DNA from: a plasmid
DNA: 64,000 nucleotides
Strand: one strand, 5' to 3'
Sequence record: NZ_CP099764.1
Part shown: one piece after another, positions 9,410 to 21,570 of the stretch
Layout: each line of letters opens with the position of its first letter
Position numbering within the stretch: the stretch's first letter is position 1
Notes under the pieces: generated by a model
The model's database searches: none
The model's input: only the letters and a program-made list of their open reading frames with translations
What the model was told of the DNA's origin: nothing
Made by a program: the position numbers and the translations under genes

Positions 9410-10321
9410 GTGATGACCCTGCAGGCATCCCCTGAGACCCGGTTAATGCGCGCCGAGGTGCAGCGGCATTATCCGCACATCTGGCAGGAGCTGGAGGGGC
9501 TGGCGCAGGGACTGGAGGCCACTGTTGATCAGGTCTTTGCCTGGAACTGCCGTGGCGATCTGGTGCGCTCAACGTCGGATGGCTGTACGACGGTGGCCGG
9601 GGTAAACGCCGCAGGCGAGCGGATTATCGCGCATAATGAAGACGGTTTTCCTCAGTTACGGGATGAATGCTTGCTGGCTACCATTACTCCGAGTCGCGGT
9701 CTGAGCTTTACGAGTTTTGCCTATCCGGGGTCGATTTGCGGCCACACCTTTGCGGTAAATGAAAAAGGTATCGTTAACACGGTGAATAACATCCGTGCAG
9801 TGTATCGTCCGCAGGGATTACCGCGTCAGATCCTGGCTCGCGCCTCGCTGAATGCGAACACCCTCGACGAGGCCATCACTATACTTACCGGCCAGCCGCG
9901 ATCCGGGGCGTTTCACCATACGCTCGGGCAGCTGGGCGATGCGCGGCTGTTCAGCGTTGAGGCCACCGGTCAAGGCTGTTCCGTTCTACCCCTGACGACG
10001 GTAACCGGGCATGCCAACCATCTGGTGCATGCGGCACTGGCTGGCGTTGAGCAGATCGTTACCGACAGTTCAGCGTCGCGGCAGTTACGCCTCGTGCAGT
10101 GGCGGGAAACGCAACCTCCGTTTGACGCCGCGGCGGCAAAAACCATTCTCTCAGATACCCATGACGCAGAACTGCCAATTTACCGGCTGGCTGCCGACGA
10201 TCCGGATGAGGAGAACACCCTCGCCACGGCAGTTTTCACCCTCGATGCCAACCACGTCAGGTGGCAAATTTTCGACATTAACCGCGACGATGCTAAATTT
10301 CATGGAGAAGTGCGTGGGTGA
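9410..10321 (+). pseudogene. Peptidase C45 / acyl-CoA:6-APA acyltransferase-family gene, 5'-truncated (starts exactly at the Tn5393 IR boundary)
   Basis: 303-aa ORF with DGCTT autoproteolytic Cys motif; ORF begins at the first base after the IR so N-terminal propeptide is missing. Confidence 0.45.
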
Positions 10322-10474
10322 AATAGCCGGTCGTCAGTCATAAAGGGCAGGGGAGTACCGTTGGCCCGGCGTTCGATAGTACCGTCCGGATACTGCCAGA
10401 TATCGGCGTCCAGGGAGATGTCCTGAAGCGCGGTGTCCGGAATTTCAGGTTTGTGTCTCTACAAAGACTAACTA

Positions 10475-11290
10475 TCAGAAAAACTCATCGAGCATCAAAT
10501 GAAACTGCAATTTATTCATATCAGGATTATCAATACCATATTTTTGAAAAAGCCGTTTCTGTAATGAAGGAGAAAATTCACCGAGGCAGTTCCATAGGAT
10601 GGCAAGATCCTGGTATCGGTCTGCGATTCCGACTCGTCCAACATCAATACAACCTATTAATTTCCCCTCGTCAAAAATAAGGTTATCAAGTGAGAAATCA
10701 CCATGAGTGACGACTGAATCCGGTGAGAATGGCAAAAGCTTATGCATTTCTTTCCAGACTTGTTCAACAGGCCAGCCATTACGCTCGTCATCAAAATCAC
10801 TCGCATCAACCAAACCGTTATTCATTCGTGATTGCGCCTGAGCGAGACGAAATACGCGATCGCTGTTAAAAGGACAATTACTAACAGGAATCGAATGCAA
10901 CCGGCGCAGGAACGCTGCCAGCGCATCAACAATATTTTCACCTGAATCAGGATATTCTTCTAATACCTGGAATGCTGTTTTCCCGGGGAGCGCAGTGGTG
11001 AGTAACCATGCATCATCAGGAGTACGGATAAAATGCTTGATGGTCGGAAGAGGCATAAATGCCGTCAGCCAGTTTAGTCTGACCATCTCATCTGTAACAT
11101 CATTGGCAACGCTACCTTTGCCATGTTTCAGAAACAACTCTGGCGCATCGGGCTTCCCATACAATCGATAGATTGTCGCACCTGATTGCCCGACATTATC
11201 GCGAGCCCATTTATACCCATATAAATCAGCATCCAGGTTGGAATTTAATCGCGGCCTCGAGCAAGACGTTTCCCGTTGAATATGGCTCAT
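10475..11290 (-). CDS. aph(3')-Ia: Aminoglycoside 3'-phosphotransferase APH(3')-Ia (kanamycin/neomycin resistance, Tn903 type)
   Basis: MSHIQRETSCSRPRLNSNLDADLYGYKWARDNVGQSGATIYRLYGKPDAPELFLKHGKGS... 271 aa. Confidence 0.95.
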   Translation of the reverse strand: MSHIQRETSCSRPRLNSNLDADLYGYKWARDNVGQSGATIYRLYGKPDAPELFLKHGKGSVANDVTDEMVRLNWLTAFMPLPTIKHFIRTPDDAWLLTTALPGKTAFQVLEEYPDSGENIVDALAAFLRRLHSIPVSNCPFNSDRVFRLAQAQSRMNNGLVDASDFDDERNGWPVEQVWKEMHKLLPFSPDSVVTHGDFSLDNLIFDEGKLIGCIDVGRVGIADRYQDLAILWNCLGEFSPSLQKRLFQKYGIDNPDMNKLQFHLMLDEFF

Positions 11291-11399
11291 AACACCCCTT
11301 GTATTACTGTTTATGTAAGCAGACAGTTTTATTGTTCATGATGATATATTTTTATCTTGTGCAATGTAACATCAGAGATTTTGAGACACAACGTGGATT

Positions 11400-11519
11400 T
11401 GTTGAATAAATCGAACTTTTGCTGAGTTGAAGGATCAGATCACGCATCTTCCCGACAACGCAGACCGTTCCGTGGCAAAGCAAAAGTTCAAAATCACCAA
11501 CTGGCCCACCTACAATAAA
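11400..11519. mobile_element. IS903 terminal remnant (Tn903 aphA1 upstream flank), cut by Tn5393 IR
   Basis: ttgttgaataaatcgaacttttgctgagttgaaggatcag... matches IS903 end; stops at the Tn5393 IR. Confidence 0.5.
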
Positions 11520-11600
11520 GGGGTCGTTTGCGGGAGAGGGCGAAATCCTACGCTAAGGCTTTGGCCAACGATATTCTCCGGTAAGATTGATGTGTTCCCA
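11520..11600. repeat. Tn5393 terminal inverted repeat (IRR, outer end 11520) ggggtcgtttgcgggagagggcgaaatcctacgctaaggctttggcc...
   Basis: Inverted copy of 9372-9409 IR, extended 81-bp Tn5393 end. Confidence 0.8.
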
Positions 11601-11625
11601 GGGGATAGGAGAAGTCGCTTGATAT

Positions 11626-12462
11626 CTAGTATGACGTCTGTCGCACCTGCTTGATCGCGGCCGCGATAGCTAGATCGCGTTGCTCCTCTTCTCCATCCGC
11701 GTTCCAAGCTGCGGAAAGGCACCCATAAGCGTACGCCTGGTCGAGCAGGCGACGCGGATCGACGTCCAGCGCACGAGAGAATGCGTCCGCCATCTGTGCA
11801 ATGCGTCTAGGATCGAGACAAAGGTCGTCTCTGTCAGCCGGATCGTAGAACATATTGGCGGCGCCAAAGCCCACTTCACCGACCAGACCGACGGGATCTA
11901 TCACCAGCCAGCCGCGACTGGAGAACATGATGTTTTCATGATGCAGATCGCCATGTAGCCCACGCAGTTCCGAGGCATTGCTCATCATTTGATCGGCTAT
12001 AATCGCCGCGTGGACGTAGTCAGTTTGACAACCTGCGTTTTGATCATCGCGCGCCCGCTGAAACAAAGCTGCAAAGCGATCCCGGATCGGGAGAAGGGCA
12101 GAAGGCAGGGGTTCCTCAGATGCGGCATACAGCTTCGCCATTAGTTCCGCTGCAATTTCGGTCGCCTGGTAGTCGCCGTGCTCGGCAACGATGTGAGAGA
12201 GCATTCGCTCCCCGGCATATTCGAGCAACATCAGATTGTTCTCACGACCGAGCAACCGGACTGCTCCCCTCCCATTGCGCCATACCAGATAGTCGGCCCC
12301 GCGCAGTTCATCAGCAATGTCTTCTATAGGTTTCAATCCCTTGACGATTGCAGGAGTCCCGTCTGGCAATGAAACTTTCCAAACGAGGCTGGAAAAGGTG
12401 TCCGCAATGAGAACAGGTTGCGAAACGTGCCAATGAGCAGGAAAAACAGGCGGCATGAACAT
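11626..12462 (-). CDS. strB: Aminoglycoside 6-phosphotransferase APH(6)-Id, StrB (278 aa)
   Basis: MFMPPVFPAHWHVSQPVLIADTFSSLVWKVSLPDGTPAIVKGLKPIEDIADEL... Confidence 0.95.
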   Translation of the reverse strand: MFMPPVFPAHWHVSQPVLIADTFSSLVWKVSLPDGTPAIVKGLKPIEDIADELRGADYLVWRNGRGAVRLLGRENNLMLLEYAGERMLSHIVAEHGDYQATEIAAELMAKLYAASEEPLPSALLPIRDRFAALFQRARDDQNAGCQTDYVHAAIIADQMMSNASELRGLHGDLHHENIMFSSRGWLVIDPVGLVGEVGFGAANMFYDPADRDDLCLDPRRIAQMADAFSRALDVDPRRLLDQAYAYGCLSAAWNADGEEEQRDLAIAAAIKQVRQTSY

Positions 12463-13265
12463 CAACCCCAAGTCAGAGGGTCCAATCGCAGATAGAAGGC
12501 AAGGCGTTCGCGGTCGGGGGCTTCGATCCCCAATACATTGAATAGGACAGCGAAGGCGCGCTCTGCTTCATCTGGCGCTGCCCAGTTCTCTTCGGCGTTA
12601 GCAATCATGAGTGCCAAATCGGCATAGCGATCTGCTGTTCCGAGCCGCCCAAGGTCGATCAGACCCGTGCATTGAAGAGTTTTAGGGTCCACCATGAAGT
12701 TCGGCATGCAGGGATCACCATGGCAAACAACCATATCGGTGCGCTCTTGGTCGAGCCGCACCGGTAGCTCTCGTTCGACACGAGCCAAAAGATCGAGCTG
12801 CGGCGTACTCTTGTCCTCGTCCGGTAAGAAGTCGGGATTGACGGCATTGCGGGACACCACATCAACGGCGCGTCCGAACATTCGCGACAGCCTGCGCTCA
12901 AACGGACATTGATCAACCGATAGGCTGTGAACAGCGCCAAGTTGCTGCCCCATTGACGGCCACGCTTTGAGCAAATCCGCTCCAGACAGATCAGCCGCCG
13001 GTACTCCCGGAATTGCCGTTATCACCAAGCATGCACCCTCCTGTTCCTCCTGCCAGTTGATCACCTCGGGGCAAGCCACACCTCGACCTTTGAGCCAAAT
13101 GAGGCGGTCACGCTCTCCAGCGAGCTCACCGCGGCGGGAAGCAGGTGCGATTTTCGCGAAGGCATGCCCGTCACCACGTCGAAAAACAAAATCACCAGAT
13201 TCTCCGCCTCTGACAGGCAACCAGTCAGAATGCGATTCACCAAAAAAAATATTAGTTCGATTCAA
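12462..13265 (-). CDS. strA: Aminoglycoside 3''-phosphotransferase APH(3'')-Ib, StrA (267 aa); TGATG stop/start overlap with strB
   Basis: MNRTNIFFGESHSDWLPVRGGESGDFVFRRGDGHAFAKIAPASRRGELAGERDRLIWLKG... Confidence 0.95.
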   Translation of the reverse strand: MNRTNIFFGESHSDWLPVRGGESGDFVFRRGDGHAFAKIAPASRRGELAGERDRLIWLKGRGVACPEVINWQEEQEGACLVITAIPGVPAADLSGADLLKAWPSMGQQLGAVHSLSVDQCPFERRLSRMFGRAVDVVSRNAVNPDFLPDEDKSTPQLDLLARVERELPVRLDQERTDMVVCHGDPCMPNFMVDPKTLQCTGLIDLGRLGTADRYADLALMIANAEENWAAPDEAERAFAVLFNVLGIEAPDRERLAFYLRLDPLTWG

Positions 13266-13443
13266 TGGAGGTTCCTTCAGTTTTCTGATGAAGCGCGGAG
13301 GTGGCTCAACCTGCGAAAAGAAACGAGTTGCTACGTAAGTCCGAGAACATGCTTTCCATGGTCTTGCACCGGTTGTGTTCCGGTCTATCTCTCATTTTAA
13401 GCGGCTTTTTTCTCAAATGCCACCGGCGATTTCCAGCCGAGTG

Positions 13444-14772
13444 CTGATGAATCCCCTAATGATTTTTATCAAAATCATTAAGTTAAGGTAGATACACATC
13501 TTGTCATATGATCAAATGGTTTCGCCAAAAATCAATAATCAGACAACAAAATGTGCGAACTCGATATTTTACACGACTCTCTTTACCAATTCTGCCCCGA
13601 ATTACACTTAAAACGACTCAACAGCTTAACGTTGGCTTGCCACGCCTTACTTGACTGTAAAACTCTCACTCTTACCGAACTTGGCCGTAACCTGCCAACC
13701 AAAGCGAGAACAAAACATAACATCAAACGAATCGACCGATTGTTAGGTAATCGTCACCTCCACAAAGAGCGACTCGCTGTATACCGTTGGCATGCTAGCT
13801 TTATCTGTTCGGGCAATACGATGCCCATTGTACTTGTTGACTGGTCTGATATCCGTGAGCAAAAACGGCTTATGGTATTGCGAGCTTCAGTCGCACTACA
13901 CGGTCGTTCTGTTACTCTTTATGAGAAAGCGTTCCCGCTTTCAGAGCAATGTTCAAAGAAAGCTCATGACCAATTTCTAGCCGACCTTGCGAGCATTCTA
14001 CCGAGTAACACCACACCGCTCATTGTCAGTGATGCTGGCTTTAAAGTGCCATGGTATAAATCCGTTGAGAAGCTGGGTTGGTACTGGTTAAGTCGAGTAA
14101 GAGGAAAAGTACAATATGCAGACCTAGGAGCGGAAAACTGGAAACCTATCAGCAACTTACATGATATGTCATCTAGTCACTCAAAGACTTTAGGCTATAA
14201 GAGGCTGACTAAAAGCAATCCAATCTCATGCCAAATTCTATTGTATAAATCTCGCTCTAAAGGCCGAAAAAATCAGCGCTCGACACGGACTCATTGTCAC
14301 CACCCGTCACCTAAAATCTACTCAGCGTCGGCAAAGGAGCCATGGATTCTAGCAACTAACTTACCTGTTGAAATTCGAACACCCAAACAACTTGTTAATA
14401 TCTATTCGAAGCGAATGCAGATTGAAGAAACCTTCCGAGACTTGAAAAGTCCTGCCTACGGACTAGGCCTACGCCATAGCCGAACGAGCAGCTCAGAGCG
14501 TTTTGATATCATGCTGCTAATCGCCCTGATGCTTCAACTAACATGTTGGCTTGCGGGCGTTCATGCTCAGAAACAAGGTTGGGACAAGCACTTCCAGGCT
14601 AACACAGTCAGAAATCGAAACGTACTCTCAACAGTTCGCTTAGGCATGGAAGTTTTGCGGCATTCTGGCTACACAATAACAAGGGAAGACTCACTCGTGG
14701 CTGCAACCCTGCTTACTCAAAATCTATTCACACATGGTTACGTTTTGGGGAAATTATGAGGGGATCTCTCAG
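13444..14772 (+). mobile_element. IS10 (1329 bp), outside end ctgatgaatcccctaatgatttt at 13444, inside end ...ggggatctctcag at 14772
   Basis: Characteristic IS10 ends and 402-aa transposase. Confidence 0.9.
13551..14759 (+). CDS. tnpA: IS10 transposase (402 aa)
   Basis: MCELDILHDSLYQFCPELHLKRLNSLTLACHALLDCKTLTLTELGRNLPTKARTKHNIKRIDRLLGN... Confidence 0.95.
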   Translation: MCELDILHDSLYQFCPELHLKRLNSLTLACHALLDCKTLTLTELGRNLPTKARTKHNIKRIDRLLGNRHLHKERLAVYRWHASFICSGNTMPIVLVDWSDIREQKRLMVLRASVALHGRSVTLYEKAFPLSEQCSKKAHDQFLADLASILPSNTTPLIVSDAGFKVPWYKSVEKLGWYWLSRVRGKVQYADLGAENWKPISNLHDMSSSHSKTLGYKRLTKSNPISCQILLYKSRSKGRKNQRSTRTHCHHPSPKIYSASAKEPWILATNLPVEIRTPKQLVNIYSKRMQIEETFRDLKSPAYGLGLRHSRTSSSERFDIMLLIALMLQLTCWLAGVHAQKQGWDKHFQANTVRNRNVLSTVRLGMEVLRHSGYTITREDSLVAATLLTQNLFTHGYVLGKL

Positions 14773-15124
14773 TGCTCAGCATGTTTGAGTGCTTTACTCG
14801 CCGCGGGTTGAGAAATATGTAAAACTTCAGCCGCACGCGTTAAGGAACCACAAGTCATTACAGCATAAAAGATATCGAGATGTCTTAATTTCATTCCATG
14901 TAGCCTACTGATTATTTATTTCTACGGACTATTCTAACGAATAAAGTATAAATAATCAGATATACTCGTCATAATTCAAATTTTGGTTTAGTTGTCACGA
15001 GAATTAATTCGTAAACGTGCAAGCTAAATAGATTGACTAGGGGAATATACGGGGTAAGAAAGCGGCTCGGCATACTGCCCTATAATAAATTGTTAGGAGA
15101 AGTACGCCGAGTAGTGTGTAGCTA

Positions 15125-16330
15125 TTAGGTAAAGTATGTACCAATTTCAATAAATATTTTAATTAAGATACTGTTTGAAATATCAACAATAAAGGCACCG
15201 ACCATAGGAACGACAAGGAAAGCTTTATGTGATGGTCCAAATGCTTTTGTGACTGTTTGCATATTCGCAATTGCTGTTGGTGTTGCTCCCATACCAAAGC
15301 CACAGTGACCCGCGCTGATCACGACAGCATCATAATCTTTGCCCATCATTTTGAAGGTGACAAAGCAGGCAAATAGCACCATGACAACAGTTTGTACAGC
15401 AATGATAATTAATACTGGCCCTGCCATGCTTGCCAATTGACCAAATTTTAATGACATTAACGCCATTGCCAAGAAAAGCGATAAAGCAACGCTACCTAAT
15501 ACATCGACGGTCGGCTCAAACACTTCGTGTTTAAATACATGAGTCAGTGTATTACGGATAATAATACCGACAAATAAACACCAGACAAAAGTAGGCAGTT
15601 GCAGAAAAGTATCTTTAAACAATGCACTGATATAGCCACCAACAACAATACAGATAATCAGCATTGAAATGGTTTCAATAACGTTATTTGCATTGATTTT
15701 TCTTTTGACGCTTGGTTGCTCAAAAGCTTCAACGATAGTGTCGCGCTCTTGCTCGGTTGTTTTAGGAATAGAGACCTTTTTCAAAAGATGACGGGCAACA
15801 GGGCCGCCAACTAAACCACCCAACACTAATCCAAGTGTTGCACAAGCCATCGCTAATTCAACGGCGCCTGTTACACCATATTTATCAGCGAGAATAGGGC
15901 CCCATGCTCCGGCATTACCATGACCACCTGTTAGAGTAATTGAACCTGCAATTAAGCCAATAAATGGACTTTCATTCATCATGACAGCCATACTCATGCC
16001 GACAGTATTTTGAATGGCGATTAGGATCGTTACTGCAATAGTTAATAGAACTAACGGCTTTCCTCCTTTAATCAGTCGAGAAAAGTCAGAACTTAGCCCG
16101 ATAGAGGAAAAGAATGTGAGCATTAATAAACTTTGCAATGAAGCATCAAAAGTAAACGAATAACCTGATGTTTTATCAATAATTAACAGAACAATTGCAA
16201 CAATAAAGCCACCAACGACGGCTTCTGGTATGTGGTTTTTTTGTAGGAACGGGGTAAATTTTACGACAAACATTCCTATGAGTAGCGCGATACATGCGAC
16301 TAATAATGTATAACTGGCATCTAGGATCAT
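15125..16330 (-). CDS. jemA: Sodium/glutamate symporter GltS-like permease (Tn10 jemA), 401 aa
   Basis: Polytopic membrane protein with GltS-family signature; standard Tn10 interior gene. Confidence 0.8.
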   Translation of the reverse strand: MILDASYTLLVACIALLIGMFVVKFTPFLQKNHIPEAVVGGFIVAIVLLIIDKTSGYSFTFDASLQSLLMLTFFSSIGLSSDFSRLIKGGKPLVLLTIAVTILIAIQNTVGMSMAVMMNESPFIGLIAGSITLTGGHGNAGAWGPILADKYGVTGAVELAMACATLGLVLGGLVGGPVARHLLKKVSIPKTTEQERDTIVEAFEQPSVKRKINANNVIETISMLIICIVVGGYISALFKDTFLQLPTFVWCLFVGIIIRNTLTHVFKHEVFEPTVDVLGSVALSLFLAMALMSLKFGQLASMAGPVLIIIAVQTVVMVLFACFVTFKMMGKDYDAVVISAGHCGFGMGATPTAIANMQTVTKAFGPSHKAFLVVPMVGAFIVDISNSILIKIFIEIGTYFT

Positions 16331-16773
16331 TTTTTTACCTCTATTAGTTTACCAGAATTTTCACTATAACAATTTAACAATAGTGAAAAATGAAGTTACT
16401 TTGGTTAACTAATCTTTAACAATGAGTTTTATTAGGGTATCCATAACTTTTAGTTAATAGGGTCATAATTTTAGTGTGATCTTAATCATGAAATATTAAA
16501 AAGATTAAAATAACAACAATGGTATTTAATGATGGGTAAACCTAAATACCATGCGGGATCCGCACTATTTTCGGTGATAGCAAAAAATAAAAAAGTATAA
16601 ATAATAAACAAAATTATAAGAGAAGGAGAACATGATAAGCGCAGGCCGAGCAATTTAAAGAAGTGTGATATACAACATAAAACAGCAGCATGACCTTTCT
16701 ATATTTCGTTGCTTATCGAAGTGTTAATTTTCGGGTGGATTACTCTGTTTGTTGATTAATAACGGAGAAAAAT

Positions 16774-17473
<700 letters not shown>

Positions 17474-17480
17474 ACTTGCG

Positions 17481-18849
<1,369 letters not shown>

Positions 18850-20055
18850 ATGAATAGTTCGACAAAGATCGCATTGGTAATTACGTTATTCGATGCCATG
18901 GGGATTGGCCTTATCATGCCAGTCTTGCCAACGTTATTACGTGAATTTATTGCTTCGGAAGATATCGCTAACCACTTTGGCGTATTGCTTGCACTTTATG
19001 CGTTAATGCAGGTTATCTTTGCTCCTTGGCTTGGAAAAATGTCTGACCGATTTGGTCGGCGCCCAGTGCTGTTGTTGTCATTAATAGGCGCATCGCTGGA
19101 TTACTTATTGCTGGCTTTTTCAAGTGCGCTTTGGATGCTGTATTTAGGCCGTTTGCTTTCAGGGATCACAGGAGCTACTGGGGCTGTCGCGGCATCGGTC
19201 ATTGCCGATACCACCTCAGCTTCTCAACGCGTGAAGTGGTTCGGTTGGTTAGGGGCAAGTTTTGGGCTTGGTTTAATAGCGGGGCCTATTATTGGTGGTT
19301 TTGCAGGAGAGATTTCACCGCATAGTCCCTTTTTTATCGCTGCGTTGCTAAATATTGTCACTTTCCTTGTGGTTATGTTTTGGTTCCGTGAAACCAAAAA
19401 TACACGTGATAATACAGATACCGAAGTAGGGGTTGAGACGCAATCGAATTCGGTATACATCACTTTATTTAAAACGATGCCCATTTTGTTGATTATTTAT
19501 TTTTCAGCGCAATTGATAGGCCAAATTCCCGCAACGGTGTGGGTGCTATTTACCGAAAATCGTTTTGGATGGAATAGCATGATGGTTGGCTTTTCATTAG
19601 CGGGTCTTGGTCTTTTACACTCAGTATTCCAAGCCTTTGTGGCAGGAAGAATAGCCACTAAATGGGGCGAAAAAACGGCAGTACTGCTCGGATTTATTGC
19701 AGATAGTAGTGCATTTGCCTTTTTAGCGTTTATATCTGAAGGTTGGTTAGTTTTCCCTGTTTTAATTTTATTGGCTGGTGGTGGGATCGCTTTACCTGCA
19801 TTACAGGGAGTGATGTCTATCCAAACAAAGAGTCATCAGCAAGGTGCTTTACAGGGATTATTGGTGAGCCTTACCAATGCAACCGGTGTTATTGGCCCAT
19901 TACTGTTTGCTGTTATTTATAATCATTCACTACCAATTTGGGATGGCTGGATTTGGATTATTGGTTTAGCGTTTTACTGTATTATTATCCTGCTATCGAT
20001 GACCTTCATGTTAACCCCTCAAGCTCAGGGGAGTAAACAGGAGACAAGTGCTTAG
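18850..20055 (+). CDS. tet(B): Tetracycline efflux MFS transporter TetA(B), 401 aa
   Basis: MNSSTKIALVITLLDAMGIGLIMPVLPTLLREFIASEDIANHFGVLLALYALMQVIFAPW... Confidence 0.95.
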   Translation: MNSSTKIALVITLFDAMGIGLIMPVLPTLLREFIASEDIANHFGVLLALYALMQVIFAPWLGKMSDRFGRRPVLLLSLIGASLDYLLLAFSSALWMLYLGRLLSGITGATGAVAASVIADTTSASQRVKWFGWLGASFGLGLIAGPIIGGFAGEISPHSPFFIAALLNIVTFLVVMFWFRETKNTRDNTDTEVGVETQSNSVYITLFKTMPILLIIYFSAQLIGQIPATVWVLFTENRFGWNSMMVGFSLAGLGLLHSVFQAFVAGRIATKWGEKTAVLLGFIADSSAFAFLAFISEGWLVFPVLILLAGGGIALPALQGVMSIQTKSHQQGALQGLLVSLTNATGVIGPLLFAVIYNHSLPIWDGWIWIIGLAFYCIIILLSMTFMLTPQAQGSKQETSA

Positions 20056-20167
20056 TTATTTCGTCACCAAATGATGTTATTCCGCGAAATATAATGACCC
20101 TCTTGATAACCCAAGAGGGCATTTTTTACGATAAAGAAGATTTAGCTTCAAATAAAACCTATCTATT

Positions 20168-20761
20168 TTATTTATCTTTCAAGCTCAATAAAAAGCCGCG
20201 GTAAATAGCAATAAATTGGCCTTTTTTATCGGCAAGCTCTTTTAGGTTTTTCGCATGTATTGCGATATGCATAAACCAGCCATTGAGTAAGTTTTTAAGC
20301 ACATCATCATCATAAGCTTTAAGTTGGTTCTCTTGGATCAATTTGCTGACAATGGCGTTTACCTTACCAGTAATGTATTCAAGGCTAATTTTTTCAAGTT
20401 CATTCCAACCAATGATAGGCATCACTTCTTGGATAGGGATAAGGTTTTTATTATTATCAATAATATAATCAAGATAATGTTCAAATATACTTTCTAAGGC
20501 AGACCAACCATTTGTTAAATCAGTTTTTGTTGTGATGTAGGCATCAATCATAATTAATTGCTGCTTATAACAGGCACTGAGTAATTGTTTTTTATTTTTA
20601 AAGTGATGATAAAAGGCACCTTTGGTCACCAACGCTTTTCCCGAGATCTCATCTATTGAAACAGCTTGATAGCCTTTTTCAACAAACAATATTCGTGCTG
20701 AGTTAACCAGTGATTGATAGGTACTCTTAAAATTTTCTTGTTGATGATTTTTATTTTCCAT
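20168..20761 (-). CDS. tetC: TetC (Tn10 TetR-family regulator), 197 aa
   Basis: MENKNHQQENFKSTYQSLVNSARILFVEKGYQAVSIDEISGKALVTKGAFYHHFKNKKQLL... Confidence 0.85.
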   Translation of the reverse strand: MENKNHQQENFKSTYQSLVNSARILFVEKGYQAVSIDEISGKALVTKGAFYHHFKNKKQLLSACYKQQLIMIDAYITTKTDLTNGWSALESIFEHYLDYIIDNNKNLIPIQEVMPIIGWNELEKISLEYITGKVNAIVSKLIQENQLKAYDDDVLKNLLNGWFMHIAIHAKNLKELADKKGQFIAIYRGFLLSLKDK

Positions 20762-20848
20762 GATAGATTTAAAATAACATACCGTCAGTATGTTTATGGT
20801 ATCATGATGATGTGGTCGTGACAATCTTAAGAACATTTAGGTTATTTT

Positions 20849-21189
20849 ATGTATATTGAACAGCATTCTCGCTATCAAAATAAAGCTAATAACATCCAAT
20901 TAAGATATGATGATAAGCAGTTTCATACAACGGTTATCAAAGATGTTCTATTATGGATTGAACATAATTTAGATCAGTCTTTACTGCTTGATGATGTGGC
21001 GAATAAAGCGGGTTATACCAAGTGGTATTTTCAGCGGCTGTTCAAAAAAGTAACAGGGGTCACACTGGCTAGCTATATTCGTGCTCGTCGTTTGACGAAA
21101 GCGGCTGTTGAGTTGAGGTTGACGAAAAAAACTATCCTTGAGATCGCATTAAAATATCAATTTGATTCCCAACAATCTTTTACACGTCG
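20849..21189 (+). pseudogene. tetD: tetD (AraC-family, Tn10), 3'-truncated by IS1 remnant (normal 138 aa; diverges after ...QQSFTRR)
   Basis: MYIEQHSRYQNKANNIQLRYDDKQFHTTVIKDVLLWIEHNLDQSLLLDDVANKAGYTKWYF... then reads into IS1 IR. Confidence 0.8.
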
Positions 21190-21480
21190 GGTAATGACTC
21201 CAACTTACTGATAGTGTTTTATGTTCAAATAATGCCCGATGACCTTGTCATGCAACTCCACCGATTTTGAGAACGACAGTGACTTCCGTCCCAGCCTTGC
21301 CAGATGTTGTCTCAGATTCAGGTTATGTCGCTCAATGCGCTGAGTGTAACGCTTGCTGATAACGTGCAGCTTTCCCTTCAGGCGGGATTCATACAGCGGC
21401 CAGCCATCCGTCATCCATACCACGACCTCAAAGGCCGACAGCAGGCCCAGAAGACGCTCCAGCGTGGCCAACGTGCGTTA
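21190..21480 (-). mobile_element. IS1 remnant (right-end about 290 bp incl. IR ggtaatgactccaacttactgat and 3' end of insB)
   Basis: IS1 IR sequence at 21190; minus-strand ORF encodes InsB C-terminus ...[69 protein letters not shown]. Confidence 0.8.
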
Positions 21481-21570
21481 CCTAAAACCTGTTTAAATAT
21501 CCAGATAAAAACATTCAATCTGGGTCAAATGAGTGATACAGTTTCACCCATAAGACCCAATGGAGGCAAT

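Noticed and set aside
6551-9572. Numerous 60-250-aa ORFs on both strands overlapping Tn5393 tnpA
   Set aside because: High-GC spurious frames entirely inside a 961-aa transposase gene.
21304-21570. 5' extension of the methyltransferase ORF back into the IS1 remnant (566-aa version)
   Set aside because: The extension is the antisense of IS1. The ATG at 21571 has a GGAGG RBS and gives the canonical 477-aa Dcm-like length.
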